DNA of 64,000 nt, taken from contig DBWM01000010.1 of the NCBI GenBank assembly GCA_002309015.1, positions 62,501 to 126,500 on the forward strand, read 5' to 3'. The notes under the pieces were generated by a model that made no database searches, was not told the origin of the DNA, and saw only the letters and a program-made list of their open reading frames with translations. This document shows, one piece after another, positions 30,297 through 39,100 of this stretch. This DNA is from Myxococcales bacterium UBA1238. Its GTDB lineage: Bacteria > Myxococcota_A > Bradymonadia > UBA7976 > UBA1532. How positions within the stretch are numbered: position 1 is the first letter of the stretch; each line of letters begins with the position of its first letter. Made by a program: the position numbers and the translations under genes.

Positions 30297-33040
30297 TGAA
30301 GCTGGAAGAAGTAGCCGCAAAGTTGGCGACAGAAGATCGCGCGCAGGACCGCATGATGCCGGCGTTGCGCGCAGCGATGGCGGTGGTTCGGGAGCGGACG
30401 GCAGCGAAGGCCGATGTGGCCGAGGACGATTTGCTGTTTGCATTGTCGGAGAAGGGGGCGGATTGCCTCGCGGGTGGCGACCCTCAGGTGCTCGAGGATG
30501 CGCTCTATCAGGCGAAGCCCGATTCCCCGCTGGCCGAGGAGACCCTGCGTTTTGCCTGGCTGGCACTGGTCGATGATCTGGCGCGATCGGGTGGAAAGCC
30601 CCCGTTCGGCGGATCCGGTGCAGCTGAGACCTGGGCCTTTACGGCGCGATCAAGGCATTGGCCCTTCGTCGATATGGCCGGACAGGTACGCCAGGTGGCG
30701 AGTCTGTTTGGCGATGGATTGAAGGTGGTGGTCGTTCGGGGGCCTGGTACCTCCAGCTTCCTCGCAGCCGTTCGTCGTGCGTTGCTGGGTGCACATCCGG
30801 ATGCGATCATTCCGCCCGTCGTGAGCGCGGCCTGTGACTCCGTGGGTGGCGTACTTAAACCCTACGTGAAGCGGGGTGAATTGCCGGATGAGTTGAAGAA
30901 TGCCCTCGATCGCCTCGGCTATGGTGAAGACATGGTGGGCCTCTTGGGGCGCATCGGCGATAAGCAGCCCATCGCGTTCATCGTAGATGATGCTCACCTG
31001 GAAGCGCGATCGATGTTGCTGGGATCGGCGTTGTTCCTCGAGCCTGCCCCGGAGCGTAAGGCCCTGTTGGTGCTCGGTGGTCCGGATGATGCGGCTCAGG
31101 ATGGCTCCATGGGCGAGATCCTTGAGGATGCCAGGGGCAGAGGTTGTTTGACCGAGATTCGTTTGCCGGCGTTTACCCCGGAGTTTGCCGGCGCCTTGTT
31201 GCTGGCGCGCTTCGGTGAGGTGCCTAAGGGGTTGGCGGCAGCGTTGTATGATGCAGTCGATCATGTGGGCGAGCGGACCGAGGTGGAGCGCCTTCGGATC
31301 GCGCAGGCATGGCTCAGCGACATCGCGACTGGCGACGAAGTGAAGGCGGATGCAGCGGAGATCCTGGCCGCAGGTTACGACGTCAATGCTCGCCTGCCGG
31401 AACATCAGGGTGCGGTGCGGGTGCTCTCGATCGCCGCATTGGAGGGTGAACGGTTCCATGCCCTGGCGGTAGGGAAGCTGCTCGGTGAGGATGAGGACTA
31501 CGTTGAGGACTTGTTGCATGACGACGAGTTCGAACTCGATGGTCGCCTGGTGGGCACCTGTGACAAGGCCATACCGCCTGCAAGGACCGTGTGGGCCAAG
31601 ATGGCAGATGACGTGCACCCGGCCTATGACTTCGCCGATCCGCGCATCTCGTCCGATCTCCGCAGGCGTCTGACCGATGAAGAGCGCAAGAACCATGCGA
31701 ACGGGCTGATGAACCAGCTCCTTGAAGGCTACCAGATGGAAGGCTTCTGGCAGGTTGCACCTTCGCTGTACGCGCTCTCCCAGATCGCCGATCGCAAGAT
31801 CGAGATCCCCCAGCGTCTGCTTGCGAGCAACGATCCCCCGAGGATCGAGGCCGGGTTCCGTCGACTCCTGCCTGTGCTGATGTCGAAGGCGCCCTTCCGT
31901 CTGGCCCTCTCCCGCCTGTTCGGTGCATCGATGGAGATCGGCGCCCTGGCCAGCGCGATGGGTAAGATCCCACTGGCCGATCAGGCGTTCCAGGCGGCGG
32001 CAGCCTCCGCAGATCGCCTGGGTCGTCCTGGAGCTGCGGGCGAAGCATTGGCGAGGTTAGGGGAGATCCGCCTCGCTCTGGCCTTACCTGAACCCGCCCA
32101 GCAGGCCCTCATGTTGTCGGGTCAGTTGCTTGAGAAGGCCGGTCACATCCAGAGTGCACTCCGCGTGATGCTGCTCCTGGCCGAGGTGGATGTGCTCCAG
32201 GGGGACCTCGATGCCGCCATCAAACGTCTCCGTGAGACTCTCAAGGCCCTGCGCGAGTCGGGGGATCACGGCCATACCGCCCTGGGTCAGGTACGGCTTG
32301 GTCGTATCTTGTATGAGCGCGGGGACTATGAGACCGCGATCCTGTCGCTGGACGATGCCATGAGGGAGGCCGAGCAGAGCCACGATCCTCGACCTGTATC
32401 TGCGGCCTGCATGGCCCGTGCCTTCGTTCATGCCGAGAAGGGTGAGCTCCAGCCGGCGTTCCAGTTGTTGCAGAAGGCGGCTGTAGCCTTCCAGGCAGCC
32501 CATATGCCACCTCACATCCTCGAGGTCTCTGCTGCGGGTCTGCAGCGTCGCGATGGCAACCCCGCCGCCTCCCTGGATCGCTTAAAGCCCATCGAAGAGG
32601 CGTACAAGAAGGCGGGCGCCACCGTGCAATGGGCCGAGGTTCAGCAGGAGATGGGCCGATGCTACCTGGGCATGAAGCAGTACACCGACGCGGTCAACGT
32701 ACTGAACGAGTCGCTCAAGGTGCGCAAGCAGGCCCACGATCGCTTCGCCCTGATCCGTCTCTATGAGGATCTGGGGGACGCCCAGCTCGGACAAGGGGAT
32801 CGCCCCGGGGCTGCAGGATCCATCGCCCGCGCGCTCAACATCGCCGAGCGCCTCAAGCTGCAGGGCCATATGGATCGCCTGAACAAGAAGATGAGCGAGA
32901 TGATCATCGCCCTCGACGGGACCAACACCGACGTTCCGGCGTTAAAGGAAGCCGCCGTAGCCGACATCGATGCCCTCGAAGCGCTGTGGAAGGCCCCGCC
33001 CCAACCGCCTCAGGCCCCCGAAGAGCAGAAGATCCAGTAA
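30297..33040 (+). CDS. Large TPR-repeat protein with an N-terminal degenerate NTPase-like region (STAND-like architecture?)
   Basis: The ORF track starts at 30125, which overlaps the aspS 5' end on the opposite strand. The in-frame ATG at 30297 (MKLEEVAAKL) is more plausible. The C-terminal half has clear TPR repeats (ALRVMLLLAEVDVLQGDLDAAIKRL...). KVVVVRGPGTSSF is P-loop-like but lacks the Lys. Confidence 0.5.
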
Positions 33041-33091
33041 CCCCCTCCCTGAACCCCACCTCCGAATCTCCCGTCCTTAAACTGTCCCTTT

Positions 33092-33287
33092 AGCGAGATC
33101 GAAAGCCGTCCCCCCCGGGGAAGTTGTCGCCGCATGCGCCGGAAGGGGAGCTGTAAATCAAAGTCAGTCTTCGATCGGAGCGAAATCAAAAGCCGTCCCC
33201 CCCGGGGAAGGTGGCCGCGTAGCGGCCGGAAGGGGACGAGTAAATCAAAGTCAGTCTGGGATCGGAGCGAGATCAAAGACCGATCCA
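33092..33287. repeat. Tandem ~87-bp structured repeat (2.2 copies) with nested hairpins, in a convergent intergenic region. REP-like element, bidirectional terminator or small RNA candidate.
   Basis: Unit: agcga[g/a]atca[a]aagccgtcccccccggggaag-[inner hairpin]-ccggaagggga-gtaaatcaaagtcagtct-gatcgg. The inner hairpin is GCGCATGCGC in copy 1 and GGCCGCgtaGCGGCC in copy 2, so sequence differs while pairing is kept. Outer stem: cccccccgggg/ggaagggga. Confidence 0.6.
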
Positions 33288-33366
33288 TCCGAAGATGATG
33301 ATCGCGCAGGTTGCCAGCAGGGTAGGGTGGTGTCGATGTCGTTTGTAAGGCGGGATTGCGGGCAGA

Positions 33367-33855
33367 TCAGGCTTCTTCTTTGTCGTCTTCAGCCACTTCT
33401 TTGTTGCTGTGGCGTGAGGACTTGGCCATGAAGTCGACGACGGGTTTCATGCGGACAGCCAGATTCGGATCGCTTTGGGCCATGGCATTGAGGACGCGGT
33501 AGTAGCTCAAAAAGCCGTTCCAATATTCGCTGCCGGCGGTGAGCAGGGTATCGCTGGCGAGCTGATGGAGAGAATCAAGGCGGTGGATAATCGCGGGCAG
33601 CTGGTTGCGCAGCTTTTGATCCACCTCGATCTGGTTGGCGCTATAGGAGGGCAGACGAATGCCGTTCTCGCGCGCAATGTTCATGGTGAGCGACACGAAA
33701 TGCTCGCATCCCTTGCGCGGTTTGAGCGCCTCCAGGCGTTCCTGGGTCTGCAAAGGCGTGCCGATGGTGCGGAAAATCTGCTCCATTTGATTGAGCGCGT
33801 CCTCTAATTGCACCAGCTTGGCATCATCGATGGTCTGATCGGCTTTGTCTTCCAT
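33367..33855 (-). CDS. Conserved hypothetical protein (paralog A of the 60644..61144 gene)
   Basis: 162 aa. Shares PRKG...LP.Y...QIE...QL...SDTLL...W.GFL.YYRVL.AMAQ...KP...FMA with the 60644..61144 ORF. Acidic C-terminus. Confidence 0.55.
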   Translation of the reverse strand: MEDKADQTIDDAKLVQLEDALNQMEQIFRTIGTPLQTQERLEALKPRKGCEHFVSLTMNIARENGIRLPSYSANQIEVDQKLRNQLPAIIHRLDSLHQLASDTLLTAGSEYWNGFLSYYRVLNAMAQSDPNLAVRMKPVVDFMAKSSRHSNKEVAEDDKEEA

Positions 33856-33970
33856 GGGATCCTCGCTTCTGCGTAAAAGCTTCTAATGTTAAACGAAACA
33901 ACCGACAATCAGGACTTTAACAGCCCATTGAGAATTTTCAAGGACAAAACTTCTTTTTTTTAAAGAGAGT

Positions 33971-35614
33971 TTACTGAATGGCGCCAAAGAGCATTCCGAG
34001 CAGCACAACCACGACCAGAACGGGGGCAATATAGCGCACCAGAACCCTGAAGAGCGGGAATGGGAACCATTTACAATGCGCCTCAGGCAGTTCTTCCCGC
34101 TGGTCTTTTTTGGTGAAGACGAATCCAACGAACAGGGAAAGCATCAACCCGCCGATGGGCATGAACCAGTTGCTGCAGAGGAAGTCGGCAAAATCGATCC
34201 ATGTTTTGCCCATAATGGTCACGTTTGACATCAGGTTATAACTGAGGGCAGCCGGGATTCCGAGTACAAAAGTCACCGCTGAGATGATGTAAACGGCCTT
34301 CTTACGGGACCATTTGAACTCATCAACAAAGGTGGCCACCACCGCTTCGAGCATCGAAATGGCCGAGGTCAGCGCTGCGAAGATGACGAGTATATAGAAC
34401 GCAGCACATAATAAGATACCTCCTGGCAGCTTCATAAAGATGACGGGCATGGCGGTAAACAGGTTGCCTGTGCCGCCGTCCTTCATAACCAGGTTGTAAG
34501 AAAAGATGGCCGAGAAGATGATAACCGATGCGATAAGTGCAATCAGGGTATCCATAATCACCACTGAATAGGAGGATGAGACCAGGTTATCCTCCTTCTT
34601 CATGTAACTTCCGTAAGTGATTAACACACCCATACCGAGCGATAAGCTGAAGAAAGCCTGACCCATGGCATTCAATACAGTGCTTGCAGTCACCATCTCG
34701 AAGCTTGGCCGGAACAAAAACGAGAGCGCCTTTCCTGCACCATCGAGCATCAACATGCGCCCAAGGAGCACGATCAGCAGCACAAACAGCGCAGGCATCA
34801 GGATCTTGGACCACCGCTCGATCCCTTTTGAGACCCCTCCAATCACAACACCCACGGTCATCGCCAAAAACACGAAGGCCCACAACACCTGCTTCCATGG
34901 GTGCGCGATGAACTCCGAAAATAGCTTTTGCGGATATAGAGTCTTCTTTAATTCCGACAGCTTCGCTTGTCCCTCTTCATTTTGTTGCAGGCGTTTCCAT
35001 TCCTGATCGGTCACTACCTGCTTCAATGTATTGAGTTTGGGATCCGTCAAAGCCTTGCTTAACGACTCAGGCTTCTGTCCAAGTTCAATGATGAGGGCTG
35101 CTTCACCTTCACTGGAATACACAAAGTCGTGCCATAGCTGCTCGCGAACCATCTCTTCGGAGACGGCCTGATCATAATTTGAAAACTCCGAGGTAACCGA
35201 TTTAACCGTATATTCTACCGTCCATCCAGCGATTACGCTGTAATAACTGAGCAGCAAGAACCCTGTTATCACGCATAAAGTGCCCACATGCTTCCATAAA
35301 GAATGCGGCCTGACCGATTCAAATGCACCAATAGGGGTGGTTTGAGTCCGCTTTCCAAGCATCATTTCTGCGATCATGATGGGGAGACCCAGCACCAAAA
35401 CCGCCAGCAAGTAGATCAATACGAAGCCCCCAGCACCCTGCTGATCCCCTGCACCTCCGCCATTGGAATAGGCCAGATACGGAAACTTCCACAGATTGCC
35501 CAAACCAACCGCACTTCCACCCGCCGCCAGTATAAATCCCAGTTTGCTTCCCCAATTGCCGCGCGAAGAAGCTGCGCTGCTACAGGGATCCTTCGATGAG
35601 CTCATTTGCTGCAT
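33971..35614 (-). CDS. Sodium-dependent transporter, neurotransmitter:sodium symporter (NSS/SNF) family
   Basis: 547 aa. N-terminus GFILAAGGSAVGLGNLWKFPYLAYSNGGGA is the NSS signature. Polytopic, with a large extracellular insertion. Confidence 0.88.
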   Translation of the reverse strand: MQQMSSSKDPCSSAASSRGNWGSKLGFILAAGGSAVGLGNLWKFPYLAYSNGGGAGDQQGAGGFVLIYLLAVLVLGLPIMIAEMMLGKRTQTTPIGAFESVRPHSLWKHVGTLCVITGFLLLSYYSVIAGWTVEYTVKSVTSEFSNYDQAVSEEMVREQLWHDFVYSSEGEAALIIELGQKPESLSKALTDPKLNTLKQVVTDQEWKRLQQNEEGQAKLSELKKTLYPQKLFSEFIAHPWKQVLWAFVFLAMTVGVVIGGVSKGIERWSKILMPALFVLLIVLLGRMLMLDGAGKALSFLFRPSFEMVTASTVLNAMGQAFFSLSLGMGVLITYGSYMKKEDNLVSSSYSVVIMDTLIALIASVIIFSAIFSYNLVMKDGGTGNLFTAMPVIFMKLPGGILLCAAFYILVIFAALTSAISMLEAVVATFVDEFKWSRKKAVYIISAVTFVLGIPAALSYNLMSNVTIMGKTWIDFADFLCSNWFMPIGGLMLSLFVGFVFTKKDQREELPEAHCKWFPFPLFRVLVRYIAPVLVVVVLLGMLFGAIQ

Positions 35615-36181
35615 CCTCCAAGCCGCAAAATCGACAACAAAGTACCCTTATAATGCATCCTTCAGCAGAAAGCGAGATTTAAACGGAGGATCATTGCATT
35701 AAACTGCAGATGCTTTTGAATGAGGCTTGAATGCTGCTTACAGGCATCAGGACAAGAGGCCGATTGAACTATCATCCTTGCAGGTTGATCCTGCAACCGT
35801 TGCAAGTGCAACCAAGCATCTTTCAAGGAAACGACTCGAAAAACTCCAGTGCGAAACTGCAAGCTTTACAATCTAAAGTCTGAAAGCGCGCAAGATTGTT
35901 CTATATGCCTCATAGCCTGCATCTTGAATGGCTGCATATGATTACAGCTGGCTTCTGAAGATCCTCTTCTATGGGCTGCTGTCCCCATCTATATATGAGG
36001 TCACATTTAAAAATCAGCTTTAAAGATGAAGGCTTGAACCGATATTGGATGTTGCAGAAAAGCTTTTAAAATGAATTGCGGTTTGGTGGGTATAAAATTT
36101 TTTTAAGCATGGGTTTTTTCTTGGCTTTTTGCAGATCCCAATGTGATAGGATAAGCCGGTTTTTGCGATCTGGGGAGATCA

Positions 36182-39100
36182 ATGTCCAACATCAAGCGAA
36201 TTTTATGGCCCATGCTCCTTTTGGTGGGCGCGTTGGGTTGCGATGACGACGATAACAACGATCCTTTAGATATGGGATCCTCTGATGGGACTGTAGAAGG
36301 GGATTCGGGCCAACAAGGCGGCTGGCATGCCTCGACAGACGGCTCCACAAGCGACGGCTCTTTGGACGACGGCTCTTTGGACGACGGCTCTCAAAGTGAT
36401 GGTTCTCCGGAAGACGGCTCCACAAGCGATGGTTCCCCGGAAGATGGCTCTCAAAGCGATGGTTCCCCGGAAGATGGCTCCACAAGCGATGGCTCCCAAA
36501 GCGATGGTTCCACAAGCGATGGCTCCCCGGAAGACGGCTCGATTCACGTGCCCAGATGCGGCGACGGCATCATCGACGACGGCGATGACTCCCAACCGAA
36601 TCACAGCAGCAAGGATCTTGGGGAAGAATGTGATGACGGCAATCGCATCAATGGCGACGGCTGCAACTATACATGCAAACTGGAACCCGAAGATCCGCTC
36701 ATTTATGTGAAACCTGCTCAGGATAACTGCCAGGGTGCTTTTGATCTGCCTTTCGATCGCACAAAGAAGAATGTGTCGGTCTTATATGGCAACGAAGAAG
36801 GTGAGTCTCACTGGTTTAAGTTTAAACTTGAAGAACCCGCCACCGTCATGATTCACACCACTGCGCCTGAAGTGGTCGATCTGACCGCGCCTTCAGCTTC
36901 TGATGCGGCGGATGCCGGTTCTGTGGATGATTTGCTCTTTTGCTACGGTGATACGCTCTTACAACTCTATTCGGGCGCCTATTGCACCACAGTGGAAGCT
37001 GAAAACGATGACCGCGGGATGACGGGCGACGTTGAAAACAAATGCTCCGCAATTTACAAAAGCCTCAATAAGGGGGTTTGGCATATTAAAGCCTCTGCTC
37101 ACGGAGCGACCACCGATGCTGCGGGCAATCCTCAGAAGAACCTGCTGATGGTTCAAATCATCGATCCTGTGGAAGAGGGCGGTGATTGCAGCGCAGACCG
37201 GCCTTTCCCCATCCCCTGCGCTTTCAACGCTTATTGCGACAAAGCGACCAAACAATGTAAAAACAATAAATGCGGCGATTTCGTGATTGCGGGCGATGAG
37301 CAATGCGATGACGGTTCAGAGCAGGGTATTTTGGATGCAGATACAGGCAGCTATTATGGTTGCCATGGTTGCCGCATCAACCCCATTCCGGAAGGCAAGC
37401 CCTGCAAAGATCTGGATTATTCCTGCGGGGTGACTCCTGATGGAGTGAACCTGGTTTGCGATGCAGCGAAGGATAAATGCATACGAAAAAGCTGCGGCGA
37501 CCGAATGGTTTCTGCAGGGGAACAATGCGACGACGGCAATCAGATTGCGACCGATGGCTGCCATGAATGTCAGTTTACGCCTTATAATGGCACAGAGACG
37601 GGCTCTGCTCATCCATTCCAATTGAATTTGTCGGCAGATGGACATGCGGAAGTCGTTTTTTCGCTCGATTGGCCGAACGAAGAAGACTGGTTTAAGTTCG
37701 AAGTCCCTGAAACCGGTCTGTATACGATTTACACTATGTCTTTAAATGAGAAAGACTGTGCGGGTGATACCGAGCTGTTTCTCTATAATGCAGGCAAAGG
37801 ACAGATCTCTTACAACGATAACGGCGGCAACCACGGTAAATGCTCCGAGATCAAGTCTGTGCTCTTAACGCCCGGCCTGTATTATGTCAGCGTGCGCGAC
37901 TATTTTGGAAAGCTGATCCTCGAAGGCGACTGGCTGGTGATTCAAAAAGACAAGGCCCTGGAAAAGGGAGACAGCTGCTCGACCGACCCCCGCAGTCCTG
38001 CCTGCAATTACAATTTATGGTGCAGCGAAACGACCCATAAATGTGTTGAAAACACGTGCGGTGACTTTCACGTGGCTGGCGATGAAGAATGCGATGACGG
38101 CGCTCAGGATGAAGATCCCGAGGATGGTTGCAACGCCTGCAAGATGACCGGCATCCCTGTTGGCAAGAGTTGCATCGTCAATGGTCCGATTGAATGTGTA
38201 TTCAATGCCTATTGCGGCGAAAGTGGCATCTGCGTTGAACATGGTTGCGGCGATGACCGTTTGGGGCCTCTTGAAGATTGCGATTTCAGCATCAGCGGCA
38301 CTGTCAGATGCAATGAGCAATGTGTGACCGACGATGTGACCGCACGCTTTAATGCGACTGTTCGACCCGATGGCCGTATCGATGCCCTCTATCCGCGCGG
38401 TGGCCACAATGACTTTGAAATGACGCTCGATCAGGATGCCTATGTTACGCTCGATACGGGTGATCCCTCTTGCTCAGCTGATACGGTGATGACCCTGTCG
38501 AAGATCGATCAAGGCCGCATTTTAATTGCAGAAAATGATGATAAACCGGGCAGTACCTGTTCGCGCATCGAGGTCTTTCTGGAAGCAGGGGTGTACCGCA
38601 TTTGGGTGCGTAACTATTCGGAATATCTATCAAATCCGGGCTATGAATTCGTGTATCACGCGAAAACTCTGGCGGCTGCGGGCGCTTCCTGCACGAGCAA
38701 TGACAACTGCCTTTCGGCCGATAACGCTTGTTGCGAATCGGGTTATTACTGCAGGAATCTGGTTTGCAGACAACATACCTGCGGTGACGGTGTGATTTCA
38801 TCTGTTCCCAATGACGAAAGAAAGATCGAGGAATGCGATGACGGTCAGAGTGAAGCACATGATGTTGAGACCGATGGCTGCTATCACTGCAAGCTGAGAC
38901 CCATTCCCGATGATTATCCCTGCGTGGCTGACAGTATTTATTCCTGTGAAGCTGAATCCTATTGCGATGAAGGCGCTGGGAAATGCAAACCCCATGTTTG
39001 TGGCGATGGCATTGTGGGAGGAGTGAGTGAACAATGTGACAATGGGCAGAATACGGCGGACGATGATCTGAGCGATGGCTGTGCGAGCTGTGTCTTCCAG

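Noticed and set aside
30650-31696. 348-aa minus-strand ORF, and the 31383..32048 ORF
   Set aside because: They are antisense to the TPR-protein gene and have no motifs.
33010-33288. 92-aa minus-strand ORF
   Set aside because: It is a translation of the 87-bp structured tandem repeat (repeated ...LISLRSKTDFDL...). It is not a gene.
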